Below are positions 1-13,635 of a stretch of 64,000 bases of DNA, piece by piece (positions within the stretch are counted from its first letter, which is position 1; each line of letters begins with the position of its first letter). The stretch comes from Raillietiella orientalis (taxonomy: Eukaryota). Made by a program: the position numbers and the translations under genes. The notes beneath the pieces are model-generated. The model was not told where the DNA came from. It made no database searches and saw nothing but the letters and a program-made list of their open reading frames with translations. Location: the NCBI GenBank assembly GCA_036172245.1, contig JAYWIR010000008.1:248001-312000 (forward strand), read 5' to 3'.

Positions 1-452
1 AGTTTTTTGAGATCAGTGCTTACTGCTTCTAATCTTCCAGGGTTTATCTGCCAGTACGCTGCGAAACCCCAAAATCCATTTGGGTGGTGAAATTTGCCTG
101 GTTGAGTTTCCCTGATCTCTTCATTGATGGCTTCATCAGGATTTTTCATGACTCGGCATCATGAGGAAAGTGTCGGGAAAGAATTCCTAAGAACCGAGGA
201 GGCGGTGAGGAGAACTGCCGAACGGGATTTCATGTTCAAAGCGACTTTCTTCGAGTGCTTCCTGGTAACTGATGACCGGAAGAATTGACCCGCATTCTCG
301 GAAAGGACCAATGCCTTTTTCCTCAAGCAGTGACGAAGAGATAGGGAATCGCTTTTGTTTCGTTTGATTCACGAGTACGGAAAAACTCCAAGCCCTCCGA
401 TCCCTCTTGTACATTAGGCCGATTGAATTTACCTTTTTCCAAGTGGATTTAC

Positions 453-3400
453 CTGTAGTCCTGAATATTAATGATAGCCGCTACAGGATTCTGTACCCTA
501 TAATAAACCACAGCGTCGACTGCCACCGTAACTGAATCCCTGGACAAGATCTGGAGTACAAATAAATCAAGGGATGAGTGAGATCGTTTTCTGCAAGTGT
601 GTTGTTGTTTTAGATCGAGGAACAAAAGTGCAGCCGCGGAAGCAAAACGATATCTCCCCCTTTATCATCATCCGCCTCAGACCAAAAATAACGGGGCCCA
701 CGCCTCGTTATTTTCTGCCAGTTTTGAAGCGTGGGTCTCAGAGCTGACAGGAAACAAAAACAGCAATGACAAAAGGGAAAAAAGGCAAGCGGGAGTGAAA
801 TTATTTCATGAAAATTCTGTCCGGAGCAAACCGCCATTCTGAAAGCAGTGGCAGGCAAGGTGGCAGATGGAATTCGGGCGATTTCGAAACGTGTGTGTGT
901 GGCGGACAGAATGCTGACAGAATCAACAACTCCCCAGCGAAATGTGTGTGTGTGAGAGAGAGAGAGAGAGAAGAAGAAGAAGAAGAAGAAGAAACAGTAT
1001 AGAACGAGAGAGTGAGAGAGAAAACCATCGATTTCTCCCCTCCTCCCCTCCCCGAAAAACCTCTGAATTATGGATGAGGCTTAATGAATTTTCACAAAGG
1101 TCTCGATAAGAGGTATAAGCAGCGTCCACAATAGCAGTCTATAGGAGCAATCTCAATGCTGGACCCGTTTTCCGTGTGAGGGTGATACGCAGCTTTAGCA
1201 TGTTTGCCGATTAGATGGCATCGCAGCCTCATTACAGTTCCGGCGGATCTTCGTATGCCCCAGTGGTCATCGAACGGACGGCTTTCGAGATTCTCTGTCG
1301 AGGGAATTGCTCAAGATCAGCTCCGCAACAACAGAAATCCCGTAAAAGAACGCAGAGGAAGCGAGCCGAGAAATCGCTGCCAGATCCCGAAAAAAAACTC
1401 CAGGTTTACGAGGAAAAATGGAAAGGAAGGTGCGCCACAAACTTTCAGACGGAAACACCCAATCCGTGGTTCCTACAGGAAGCACCAAAGAACTCGCCGG
1501 ACCAGGAGCTTGCGTTTCGCGAGCAGCTGACCCAAAGAAGACTTCAAGCCGTTCCAGAATCGGGAGGGAATGGCGGACGCGCCGTCCCTCGGGGAACAAG
1601 AAGCGTGGAGCAGGGAAAAAGTGCAAGTCGAGGTTCCGCGACGAGTCTCCAGAAGCCTCTCGACGCATCGAGGGGGGAAGAAGGTCCTTACTCTTTGTCC
1701 AGCAGGCCGTGTCGAGTGCGCATGCGACTCCTAAACGGAAACGGAACGCAGCGCTGTACATTTTTGCTCGTTGGCGCGTACGGACAGAGTGCTTGGGTTC
1801 GTGGGAAGCCGACCTGCTGCTCCTCGGAAAAGATCTCGTTCCTCGGAGGGCTCGCGGGGAGATCTCGACAGCGCCGACTTGGGCTCCCTCCTCTCCGTGC
1901 ACAGTGGTCCAGGTTGGTGCGGGAGCTCCGCTCTTGACTTTCCGTCCCTGCCTGCCTCCGCGCGCGTGGATTGGCGCGCCCACTGCCACCGTGGGTTCTG
2001 CTGGAGGAGGAGTGGCCCTACCGATCGCGCCATGCCAGGAGCGTGCAACGCGCTCAACGACTTGCTGCTGCTGCCAAACGCCAGAAGAAGAAGAAGAAGA
2101 AAAAACCTCAAGACTTACGAGGATCGGCTCTTTTCCGGATTCACCGTTTACGCGCAAAGCAAGCACCATCGCTTCTGCTGCTCCCCTGCATTATTTAATC
2201 TGCGGGGACTTTTACGATTTTTACTTTTGCCATTTGGATCATCACCGGCTGATCCAAATGGACAGAGGCTGGAGCAACGGATTCCTGCTCATTCCTTCCT
2301 TTTGTCCTGTCTAAAAGAGACGGCATGCACCTGATATTACGAGCTTGCCTCGGGAGCTTCTCGAGAGGAAGGAAGATCTAAGGTGTGACTCACAACTCCG
2401 GATCGGCGGCCTCAAGAAACGGCGCCATGGTAACCAAGCTTGCCCATTACTCACAACAACTGTGAGCCTTTCGCAGTTTTTGCGAATCGTAAAAGGAAGA
2501 CGAAGCTTGAATCGTTTGCTTTCCCACCTGCTTCTGCGTTCATAAAACAGCGATTTGCTTTGTGTGTGTTTTCTTCATTCTCCTTCTTTTTCCCGGCAAC
2601 CTTTACGCCCTCTACTATCAGTGGGTTGTATCTATTAGCACGAGCATAAAAGCTTATTCCGCAAGCTCAATCGAGCTATCAAATGAGAGAAGATTGCACT
2701 TCAAGATGCACTTCAGATACCTCAAGATGATGAGAGGGAAAAAACACTTTTTTGAAGTTCCATTTCAGAAACTTTGTCTTAATAAAAAAGCTTGGGAGTC
2801 TCCTTCCTGTGTTTGTGGAATTCACCAAGAGGATTGCACTTTAATGCCAAAAGGTGCGACCCATGAGCGAGAGGTGATTTGTGTACAGTGCCCCACCTTG
2901 CTTTACAGCCCCGCAGAGAAATCGTGCAACGCCGAAAACGAGAGAGAGACAGCCCACAAGAATTCTTGTAGTTGCTTACGGTTCCGCAGCTGAAGCCTGC
3001 AGGTATCGTGTAGAGCTACCCCTAAGGGATGTGGTGCAAACATGGGGAAGGACACGTAAGGAGACAGATCCTCGTAAGCAGAACATCCGCATCCGTTACC
3101 AGTCAGCGCATCCTTCTCCGTCAGAAAACATCCTTGAAAATTCTGAATCACGGAAACCTCAGTATTTCTGTGCTACGGGTTCAGCTAAGGAGGTGCTCGA
3201 GTGACGGCCAAGGTCAACTGAGAGACGGCAGCACCGGAAAGGCACCGTGCCGATGAGAAAAAAGTTGATGGCGATGGAGGGCATCAGCAAAAGCCACCCC
3301 TGCCAAAGGTGCAGGAAGCAGGCCGACCGACCCGTTTGAGATCGCGCGCACCTTCCTTTCGTAACTTTTAGACTCGAATTCCTGCCTCTCAGGTGCAGCC

Positions 3401-6400
3401 TCAGACAGCATCGCGTATTTCCATTCCTTTTCAAAAAAAAAAAAAAGCCATGTCGGGGAACGGGAACACCGATTCCACCCCAAGTCGAGTCGGGGCACAA
3501 CGTTTGCGACTTCCGCATTCGCGCAGAATTTTCCACTTCTGTGTTTTTCCCTGAAGATCAAATTCCATTCGTTGATTCGAGCTGAGTGCACCACCCGCGG
3601 TGCCTATCAAAATCCCAGAGGTCGAAATCTCGAAGGACCATAACGAAAAAAGAAACGAATACATGTACGTCATTACGTATATTGATGTACATAACTTCAT
3701 TTGGAGATTAATAAATATATTTATTATGAATATTTGTGTTTGTTATATGAATCTACTCTTATAACGGTTGCTCTGCTCCATTCGTAAGCTTCAGTATCCA
3801 AGACGTGATCGTGATTTGAGAGAGCAGTTGTCTTCACCGCGTCTCTCGTCTGCTCCCCTACGTTCCTCACAGCGACAGGGCGCGCACTTCCCCACCTTCC
3901 CTTTGTAACGGCAGCAGGTCTGGGTGCATCTCCTGCGGGTCGTTTGTCGGGAGCACTCCGAAAGACGAAGATTAACTGTCTTCGTGGACCTTGCTTGAGC
4001 GCTGATGCCCTTCCTAACTTTCAGTGCGACCCCTGCTTCTGCCCAAGCCGCGTCGTCTGCCGCAGAGAGTTCCCGCGAGAGTTTCATCCATCTCTAAAGG
4101 CACGCTGAGGGAGAATGGGGAGCACTGCAGCTTCGACGCGCCTCCTCGAGCTTTCACTGATTCCACGCGCGTTCCGCAGTCCCCGTAGGTAGCCAAACTG
4201 AACCCTCGCAGGGCGCGCGTTCCCTATTCGCTGGGACCTCGCTTTAAGCTCCCAGTTTTTGCAGTTCTTCCTCTACCCCTTTTGTTTCTGCTTTCTCATT
4301 TCGCTTTTCGGTCCTCGGAAAGGTGGGAACATGCCGAAGCATCTCTCGGAGGTGGCAGAGACCTTTGGTTCCCGACTTCAGAGAAGGGGATGCCTCGGGG
4401 GGTTTCGAGTCCACCCCGCAGGAAGATGCTGGCTGGCCCTCGGACTTCCAGGACATCGAGGAGTCCTTCCGGATTCCCATTCCGGTTGAGAAAATGGAGC
4501 CGTCTATCTCGTGCCATGGAGTGGGTGGATCGACGATGCGCGCCGCTCCTTTCGGAGAAAATCGGGTAGCATTTCTTAGGGGTTGTCCTCAGAGGAGTGA
4601 CCAGGAGCGGTTCCCTCTCGGATTCCCTCCGGAGAAGAAATTCAAGGAGCAGAATCTTTCCGGGTTCCCTCCGGATACGAAATCAGGAGCGACGCCTACA
4701 AACCGGAGGGTCCTCCCGGCAGAGAATAAGGGAGAGGTTCCCTCCCCATGTGCGAAAGGATCGGACTCCCTTCTCCGGAGCCCTTCCTGGATTCATCGGG
4801 AGGTCCCTGCAGGGGTCACCGCCTAATTTGAAGGGTCGCACCGAACGTCTTCAGCTCCGAGACTCAGTATGCGAGCGTTTCCGCACTTGACGGGATATGC
4901 CAGTCCGTACCAGGACGCGTACCGTCTGCACGAAAGGAGGAAAAATTCACTGAATCCGGGAGAGTGAGGGGAGGGGAAGCATATCGGCTACCATTTCTCA
5001 CGGGACGGGCATCCAGAAAATTTCGGAGCTGGGAACCGTTCTCTTTCGATAGGAAGCGGAGAAGGTCAACGGATGGCTAAGGATTCGAGCCATTCTATCG
5101 GAAAGATGCTACGCAAATCTAAAATAGATTCCCACGTCGCTATTTATGGATTGTTTTGGCGTTTTTCACCTCCGCCAATAAAAGAGTGCCATCAGAAAAT
5201 GAGATCATGCTTGCGATCGACGGGATTCGAAATCCAGCTTTCAACTAGGCTGCTGAAGCGAACGCTTCCAGTCGAACACATGCACAGCTCCTTCTCTCAT
5301 GCATTCCAGTTCTGGAGCATTCGCTCCTTTCTTCGGGAAACAAGAACCGATTTCAAGGGACGAAAAGTCAAAATGCATTTCGATGGTCTTGTGTTCATTA
5401 TTTTCGAAGCACGCTCTGCCTGGTATATGCAAGACGGCATGAAAAAAGTGTCATCAGAGTACGTGCAAAGGAACAGGTTTGACGATGGGAGCATTTTTGC
5501 ACAGCCAAGAGTGGTCGCCAAGGAAACGAAGCATTCGAGTAACTGTTGACCGTACGCGGACAGGAGGAGAAATTGAAAAGCTGCAGAGTGTTTTGAAACA
5601 GGCATGTTGTACCCAAGGCAGAGAATCTGCAGAGTTTTTTTGATGGATGTTTTCGTGATGCGCTTTATGATCCAGCTTTTATGGCTTGAATTCTAGTGAA
5701 AAAAGCAAAATTCCACCGAAAAAATAAATGAAGATGGCACCCCTGACGAAAGGAAGAGGGTTTGCTCTCGCCATATCAATGAGAATCCAGTTTGCTCATC
5801 CACGCCCCATGATCACCCTTGCAGACTTGCTTTCGGCTCAACTAGATCAAATCCTTGTTCCAAGCTTGATTTATTGAAACATTATTCCGGAAGTATCCTG
5901 AAACTCCGTCATTAGCACAAAGAAATAAATTATGAGGGCTTCTTGATTAAAAGCTAATGGAGCAAAGGAAAAAGTGCTCTTTCCCCGGGGAGCCCTGCAT
6001 CCAGGAAAGCAGTAAACGAGCAGCCGCTCCTCCAGCTTTAGCCTTAATCTTTCGAGAACGTGGCGCTCCTTAGCGGCATGGCATCCCGCGAAACTTTTGC
6101 AGAAAAAGTTCGTTCGTATGTGAAGAAAGAAGACAGCGTGCGTTTCGTCTGAAAGGTTTCGTCTACTCATCATATGTTACATGACATTATGCACTCTATA
6201 TATCCTTCATGCTGCTTCACCTTGCGATACTGTGTGTGACATTCATACTGATGAATTGAATGAGAGGGCGTAATTTTTTTCTGCACCCTTTCGTCAGCAC
6301 CAGAGGTAAACGCATGCGGATGTTCCCGGTGCTGAAAGAGCGCCAGCGGCAGCAGGGTGGTGATTGCTTAGGTTTGTTCCGCAGTGTGGACTTTGAGAAA

Positions 6401-9400
6401 GGACGAAACGAAAAGAGAGAGGGAGAGACATCCACAAGGAGACTGTCACGTGGCGAAGGAGCACGCAGACATCGCGGCTCGCTGGGCACATGCTGAAACA
6501 AAGCGAAACTGCCCACCAACCTCTTGAGGTGGAACGTCGAAAGCCACCGTCCTCAGATCTACTTTTTTCCACCGCTCGATGCACGGCAGAATGAACACGA
6601 TCCCCGGCCCTTGGGGATTTCTCTGAATCAGCTTCCCGAGCCGGAACCTAACCAGTCTCTCGTACTCTTTCACTATCTGGCAAGAAAAAGGTCAAAAAGT
6701 CGTTCCAGGGTTTACTTACTTTTATGCAAAATAAAAGTGAAAACGGAAAAGTGCATATGATAACCAGATAGGCAAAAAAGCACAGCAGAGAATCCAAAGC
6801 TCCTTGGTCTAAAATTGAAAAAAAAAAAAAAAAAGAAACAGAAAACAAGAAAAAAGGGGGGGGGGGAGGGGAGGGGGAAGGGGAATCGGGAACTTTCTCT
6901 CATCTTTCTATTTTTCATACATACTAAATTAAACTGATCTTTTTTTTTAGGGGGGAGGGGGAGGAAGAGGGGCGACTCTCGTGATAAAGGCGGAGACGGA
7001 AACCCAATCCATGCGAGAGTTTTCGAGGAAGCACAAAAAAGTCTTCCGACAGCACGTAAAAATTAGCGGAGGCACCTCTCCGACCGTGCAAGAATCCGAG
7101 GGAAGCAAATGAAGCCATGAGTGCCATGAGTCGACCTTGCATTGGCGGAAGAGGACCACTTCGCAATTTTTTTTTCTTATCATATTCGAGGAACGGCGGC
7201 TGCGCTTTGTCCTCCAGACTCACGAGTAATCACAAGAACCGTAACTAAGCGACGCTGATACGCGGACGAGTTTGTGCATCGCATGAAACCAAAGAAGGAA
7301 TGCGGTGGCAGCACTGCTGCAGCTCAACCGAGCGGGGAGCCCGAATTCGACAGCAACGTGTAGGGTCAGAGTGTACCCGCGGCGAGGTGCACAACACGGC
7401 CTGCGCTGCGAACTCTTCGCGGAAACACTTCCTTTTCGGCCCGAGTTGGCAGCGACCGGCTGCGGTCTCCGTTCGTGGTGCCACGCTTCGCGGGTTCGAA
7501 TCCGGTCCGTGGAACGATCGACACCAAGGAACGGGTTGCGTCGTGGGTCTCGAGTCTCCCCCGCAAGATGGTGCTGGTTGGCTCACATTCGGGTGCGGCA
7601 CCGGTGGAAGCACAGATGCCCCGTCGACTGGCCGGGATAGGAAGTTGACCGTCCGAAGTCCTTCCAGGAATCGAGGAGGCGGTTCTCGTCTGGGTTCCTC
7701 TCCGGCTGGGAAAATGGAGTCGTACGCGTACCATGGTAGCTTGTTGACACCCCCCCCTGTAGGGTTGCCTCTCCAGATTGTAAGAAGCGCTCTGCTCCCT
7801 TCGGAAAGAGCCCTTCAGAGACATTTGGAAGCGTCTTTTCAGGGTTCTCTTCAGAGGAGGGAACAAGGAGCGGTTTCCTTGCGGGGGGTCCTTGCGGAGA
7901 AGAAATTCCAAGAGCGTCCCCTACAAATTGGGGGGGTCCCTCCACAGAGAATGAGGAAGAGCTTCTCTTCGGGGATCTCTCCACGGGCGTGAAAGGATCA
8001 GACTCCCTCCTCCGTAGCCTCCCTGCATTCATAGGGTGGTCTCTACGGGGTTACCCCCTATAACTTGAAGAGTAACACGCACCCTCGGGTGGCGTGGACA
8101 GCGAGCATCAAAGAGCTTCGTGAGCCCCCCTAAAGGGGCGAACGGTTCTTCAGTTCTCCTTGAGAAGCCCCCCAAAACAACAAAAAAGGCTGGAAGCAAA
8201 TCCGCAAAAAAAAAAAACACTTCTTCCCGGTGTCGTAGTAACGGTAGAGCATCCTGCCATCCTGACTTGTCGCTAGCTTATGAGAATTATCCGCAAAAAA
8301 AAAAAACGAATTGCCCTGGTAAAAAAAAAAATTGTCAACAATTCAACTTTAGCATTGTTGCTAGCAGCTATGTTTAGTGTTTAATTGTTAATCACCTGAT
8401 TTGACATTAACAATAATTATCAATAACATTGTTGCTAGCAAGCTAGCAAATAAGAGGTAATTAACTTTAACTAAGAGGAACCGAGTAATAATTAGCTTCT
8501 TTAATTAAAAAGATTAATCACTCGATTCATCTCAGCCGCGGGCAACAATCGTTTCCATAGGAAGAATTTTTTTCTGTTTCTTTTTTTTTTTTTTCAACGC
8601 GAAGGGAGCACGTGAAGCGATGGAAGCGCCACTCCGGTGGAGGCAAGAAACCCGGACTTTCGCGAGGACCACAGTCTTGCAGATGCCGCATTCTCCAGGA
8701 AAGCTAAATCTGCCTTTGAGGGTGGGGATGATGCCCGGGGCGGCATACGTCACGCCGAGCCCCGTTCCTCGAGAAGGTGACATCTAGCTTTTCGAGAAGG
8801 TACCGCGACTTTGGGCTCGCCTAGAAGGGCACAAGATGCAGTAAGTGTCCCTCGAACAGAGCGCGTAAGTTGGCCGAGGTCGTGAAATGATGGCCATTCC
8901 CATTTTCGCCGCCGTTCCCTCTGCTTGTGGTTTCCCGTTCTTGGCTTAGCCCCACGCTGGCAAGAGTGCGATGAGAACACGAGAGCTGTAAAGAGCGCTT
9001 CTCGCTGCTCTCTAAAGGAGAAAACTGCTATTTTCTCGCAGAATTATAGAAACAAGAGTGCCCGCCCAGCTGGAAGGTGCCTGAAGCAGAGATTGATGTC
9101 CCGACAACCGGTCTGTTTCGTGGGCTCTCACATCCTTCCGAATGTAAATTGAGGGAAAATGCAGGTCTGCTACGTGTTCTTAGCCTCGTTTCCTTACCAA
9201 CGTGCAAACCTGCGAGTGCTCATTCGAAGAACTGCTTCGCTGATGCACGCAGTGGAAGCTTGGCAGCAATACGGAAGAAATCGAGTGCTGTCTTTCCACA
9301 AGACTTCCGCAAGAAGGGACGCTGGCATCGGAATACTTGAAAATGCCGAATGAATGCAAGGTGCTGCGAAATAAAGAACACCGCCACGAGCACCTAAGCA

Positions 9401-10249
9401 TCCGGGGTCCATGGCACCGAGGCAACTGAGCGAGGAAAAAGGTGTTTTCGAAAACAAACTCGACCGCAGAAAGCGAGAGACGCCAATTAAGTGGGTCCAC
9501 CGAAGCTGAGAACCAATTAACACCGGGCACGGAAACCATCCGTCTCTTCGAGCAAACAGCGCAGGCTTTTTTTTTTTTTTTTGGCACTTTAATCAGACGC
9601 GGTTCCTGCACCGGGGAGAGCCCTCCAAATTTCGAAATGCGATGTTGTAAGTGAAAAGCGCACCGTCGTACAACCTTCACGGCGGAGCCAGGATGAAGAA
9701 ACAGGCGCTGCCAGATTAAAACGCAATAAGGATCCAAGCAAGCATAAGGAGGAGGACGGGAGAATCCCACAACCACTCTGCCCACACATCATTTGGAGAA
9801 CAAGACCAGAGCTACTGGAATGACGAAAGTGGTAACGATGGCTGTGATGGTGGTGGAGGAGCCTTGGACCGAATCGGAAGCCACACATCCGATCCGTTCA
9901 TTCATTTTGTTGCACTCGTAAAAAAATACTTTGCTGCTTTTATTTTATTTTGTTTATTTAATTTTTTTTTTTTTGAGGGGGGGGGGGAGTGGGGAACAAC
10001 CCAGTGCAACAACCACTTTTGTAAGCGCTGCTCTTCCCTCCCACCCAAATCAACGTCCGCATGTTACTTTTGCGTTATTTTTTCAGGGCTCAAATTATTT
10101 CTGCTAAGCGTTGGTTGACTACTAGCCGTTAATCACAAAAAAAAAAAAACCCTTTCAATCACCTCGGATATTAGTCAGAAAGTTTACTTACTGCGTTCTC
10201 TAGGAAAGGAGGTGTCGACTATGACGTTCTGGGCGTTAGTGGCTTCCAT
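453..10249 (-). CDS. Stomatin/band-7 (SPFH) family protein, paralog 1; 5' four exons only, gene continues beyond the left window edge
   Basis: Exons 10192-10249 (MEATNAQNVIVDTSFPRER, GTAAGT donor), 6720-6808 (QGALDSLLCFFAYLVIICTFPFSLLFCIK), 6521-6676 (IVKEYERLVRFRLGKLIQRNPQGPGIVFILPCIERWKKVDLRTVAFDVPPQE) and 453-550 ([32 protein letters not shown]). All introns are GT-AG and phases match. The 156- and 98-nt exons equal those of the other two paralogs. The first exon is the least certain. Confidence 0.88.
943..1021 (+). repeat. Compound microsatellite (TG)n(AG)n(GAA)n
   Basis: Directly visible simple repeats. Confidence 0.9.
1100..2330 (+). pseudogene. Possible decayed intronless copy of a leucine-rich-repeat GPCR (RXFP/GRL101-like), antisense within a stomatin intron
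   Basis: Frameshifted LRR-like pieces (SLITVPADL, QLRNNR, SLPASA/RGLA, PGACNALNDLLLL, NLKTYEDRLFSGFT), then hinge-like HHRFCC-SP...CGD and TM1-like FAIWII, in the order expected for type C LGRs. Many indels. Confidence 0.35.
4320..4850 (+). mobile_element. SINE-like element, copy A (decayed head)
   Basis: Shares blocks with 7438-8190 and 53976-54912, e.g. CAGAGGAGTGACCAGGAGCGGTTCCC, CCCTCCGGAGAAGAAATTC, GAGCCCTTCCTGGATTCAT. Confidence 0.75.
5100..5560 (-). mobile_element. Non-LTR retrotransposon RT remnant
   Basis: TYSDDTFF (YADD-like) followed by ILTFRPLKSVLVSRRK, matching the typical L.FNP.KS...F.RK segment. Confidence 0.45.
7438..8190 (+). mobile_element. tRNA-derived SINE-like element, copy B
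   Basis: A-box-like TGGCAGCGACCGG and B-box GGGTTCGAATCC near 7492-7503. Body, 3' hairpins and A-rich tail are homologous to copy C. Confidence 0.8.
8950..9350 (+). mobile_element. Non-LTR retrotransposon RT N-terminal remnant
   Basis: ECPPSWKVPEAEIDVPTTG ... RVLSLVSL ... PQDFRKKGR resemble the P..WK.A.I..+PK.G / YRPISL / Q.GFRK motifs in order. Confidence 0.4.
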
Positions 10250-11892
10250 TATTCTCTGATCATGCTGCACTCTTTAGTTATCGTGTTTCAGTATTGAAAC
10301 AACAAAGATTATATCTTCTCTTCTTTCCTTTTATTGAATTCTCAGTGGCAATTAATTTATGAAATTTGCTTCCAGGACACATACTGCATGGGGATTATCA
10401 GCTTTCTAGAAGATATTATCAATCTCCCAAGGCACGCTCACTGAAAATTTAAGTGGTCGGACGGGAGCGTAGGAACCTGAAAGCTCCTTCGCGTGATGGT
10501 GGCGCATTCGTCCCCATGAAAAGAAAAATAGGCCGTAGGGAAACTGAAAATGTTTCAAGACGCACACGCACGCACGCACGCACACGCACTTCTTTTTTTT
10601 TTTTTTTTTCCTTTTTGCAAATGGCAATTTTGAGACAATTTTGAGAAAGAAGATTCAGATGATATGAACTGTTGAAAATCATGTCTTGAAATCCACTGAG
10701 AAAAGTGGACAGCACGGCCCTCTAGCCCCGTCGTTTGGGGAAGCTGGTAAAAGCGTGCATCTTCGCGGAAACCCGCAAAGGGGTCGAAGTACACAGACTG
10801 AAGTTTCTTTGAACTGACCCTCATGAAAACTGGAGAGACTGCAGACAGAATGAATTCTTCGGGTGCAGGGCTCATCAGATTTAGACGTTCCTTGCTAACG
10901 TCACGCGAGTCGCAGGGACGACCTCCGCACGCTTTTTCGCGTGCCGCTTACTCTATCAGAGGTACCAACGCACTTTATAAAGTGCTCATTAAAGGCACTA
11001 TTATGATGGTTTATTCACACCTCTACTTGTTGCTTATTTATTTCATTAGAGAGGAGGAATAGTTATTAGCCTGCATGAATAGAATTTTGTTTACTGTCGT
11101 TGCTAAGGTAATTATAAGAACTCAAGTGTATGTGTCCATCTCAAACGTTGATAGGGTTGACTTATGTGGCGTGCAGAAGGTGAAACAAATTTGCCAAACG
11201 CATATGTGAGTCCACAGTCCACGCCGATAACTTCCGTAGGAGGCATCTATGAGTCCATAGCACTCAAAGGGTTCATTCGTCTGTTCCATTCATGCTGGGA
11301 AGACACGCCGAAGTAGCGATTGCGTAGCTTCAGACAAAAGACACGCAGTGTGCCTCACCTGGTCACAGGTCATAAAGCGTGAAATGGGTGCTTGCACGTC
11401 GTTTGCTTCCTAACCGTTATGAACCGTGGGCAACTACGGTATATCTTGGAACATGGGATGTTAAAGAGAGCTTCAGCTCCTCTTTCTGCTTCCAAGGGCA
11501 GATAAACTGATGCAAAGGATCTTTGCAGGTACTGATATCCACAGATGCGGCGACGAGTAGGAGGCGAGTATGCTTCCCGGAGGTTGTACGAAAAACATCA
11601 GGAATGGAGTCCACCACCCCAAACTGTGTCAAAGCTGGACTCAGAGCAGATGACTCTGGAAAAACCCACTGCGTTAATCAGGAAAAGCACGAGCATTACG
11701 AAGACATGAACTATGCGTTATTCATACCAGTTTGTTATGACAGTTATTATCCATACGACCTTGCCTTTAAATACTATTTCAATGGAGAAAGAGAATTCCA
11801 TAACGAATATCTTGCTTACCATGAATAGTATATTGGAAAACTATTAATTCACTGTCACATCCATGCTATACTATGCCATCCCGTCTCATTAA

Positions 11893-13635
11893 CCTGTTAA
11901 GCGAGCAGGACGTATGCACCCATTTTGCAAAGGCCCCTCTGTGGTGCGTTTGACGAATATATACGCCGTGTGGAAAAAAAAATCACCATTTGCCACGAAG
12001 ATACGAAGTTTCAGTGAAAAGTTGAGAAAATCCCGTGTACGGCGGGCCTTTTGGCTAGGATCGAAGTGTACATGTGTATTTTGATCGCAACGTGCAATGG
12101 CCTCATTCATTTTTTATCTGAACGTTTTCGAAGCGATGCGAAGCATGCCGACCAAACAAAAAAAAATTCTTCCTTCCTTTTCTTTTTTCGCACTGAGTTT
12201 CTGCACATACTTTTTGCATAACTAAAGCTCCAATCGAGGAAAAAAATAACAATAATTTTCCTCGATTAAAGCTTCAGTGATGTCCCTCAACTAAGGCTCC
12301 CAAGGATTCCTTCTGGCAAAGAGTGAGCTGCGTGAGGCGGAATTAAGGATTTTCGTTCTTCCACCTTGAAGATGACCGAAACGCGACCTCGAGAAGCAGA
12401 ATTCCCGGAATCGAAACTGCTTGGGGAAGAAAATGGATCCAACGAGGATGCAAATCCCAGCGCATTCCGGAACAGGACACTCGCGTGGATGGATCCCCGT
12501 TGCCATGGAGAGGGCGACTGCCTCGGAAGCAGTACGTGTGCCTTCCAAAAGGAATCGTTTGGGAATGGAATTTTTTGCCCGGTGCAATCTGTACACATTT
12601 GGAATTTCCGGGCACACACTGGAAAAAACACAGAATGTGGTCAAAACTGTCCTCTATCGATACAAGACTCGCATCGTTCCCGAACTCTCTCGTGACCTAT
12701 TGGGTCAGTGATGCAAAGTCTGTTTCGATAACTGGTACACAAGTACAGAACTCGCACAGAAACCAGGTACTTGTAGGCCAGACATTATTGGTACAACGCG
12801 ACAGCAGAGATTTGCTATTCCTGAAGATATGAAAACACCTTCTCTAAAGAAACGTCAGTACATTGCAAGATATGACAACGAAATCATGTTGCTGCAGTGG
12901 CGGGACAGAAGGGATGTACAGTTCCTCGGTACAATACATGGCGTTAATGTGATGGAAACAGAGAAACGAGGTGTCGTGAAAAGAAAGCTTGGAGCGGTCT
13001 CTGACTGTGGACAAAAAATGGGTGGAGTGGACAGAAGCGACGGTGCAACTGCGGCATGTACGCTGACAAGGAAGAGGTGGTACAGGAAAACATTTCTGCA
13101 CCTTTTCGACGTCACGTGCTTGAAGTTGTGTTTACTGTATAAAAGAAAGCAATGGAAGATCAGATCGATTCCATTTTTCGCTTGGATGGATATCGAACGA
13201 ATTATAGAGGAATTTTCGACTCTAGAAAGCGTGGACCAACTGCCAGGTCTCACCCGGAAACACCCTCCAAACTTTACACCATCTACATTATGGAAAACGA
13301 GTGCATCGCGAAGATGCACCGGGTGTTCCAAAAATGGCGTTCGTGAAGGAACACGGTGTTGGTGTTGGGCCTGTGAGGTGCCACCTTGTGTCGTATCTTG
13401 CTTTGAAACACATCACACTGCAAAAGCAGGTCGAATTTTTCCTGGGTTTTTTCTCACGTACCACGTTTTTCTACACAGTAACGAAATTTTCATGAATCAT
13501 TTCCCCCCCCCCCCTTTTTTTTTTCCATTTAAATTTATAATGGATGCACTTGCTGTGCGTGTGTGACGTGCCTATTCGTTTTCGCCCATTTCACCCAAAG
13601 GTAGAATTTGTTGAAAAAATGACTCGCTTAACTGG
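11893..13635 (+). mobile_element. piggyBac DNA transposon, decayed and internally deleted, with terminal inverted repeats
   Basis: Left end TTAA|CCTGTTAAGCGAG (11893-11905); right end CTCGCTTAACTGG|TCAA (13623-13635), a 12/13 inverted match. Frameshifted transposase: MDGSPLPWRGRL..KQY/PSKRNRLGMEFF, LLQWRDRRDVQFLGTIH, MGGVDRSD, KRWYRKTFLHLFD and a C-terminal Cys-rich domain RRCTGC..TRCWCWACEVPPCVVSCFETHH. Confidence 0.9.

Noticed and set aside
260..325. Hammerhead-ribozyme-like CTGATGA...GAAA core
   Set aside because: Stem II does not pair properly, stems I and III are very weak, and the cleavage triplet would be CUU
1215..2314. Overlapping 240-300 aa ORFs on both strands as intact genes
   Set aside because: Low-complexity Arg/Ser/Pro/Gly-rich translations typical of GC-rich decayed DNA; only frameshifted fragments look protein-like
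2900..4190. Possible further LINE RT remnant on the minus strand
   Set aside because: Only faint FAD- and SP-like motifs; too weak to list as a feature
9787..9905. Small minus-strand ORF with a hydrophobic C-terminus (MNERIGCVASDSVQGSSTTITAIVTTFVIPVALVLFSK)
   Set aside because: Short, no recognisable family, lies within a stomatin intron
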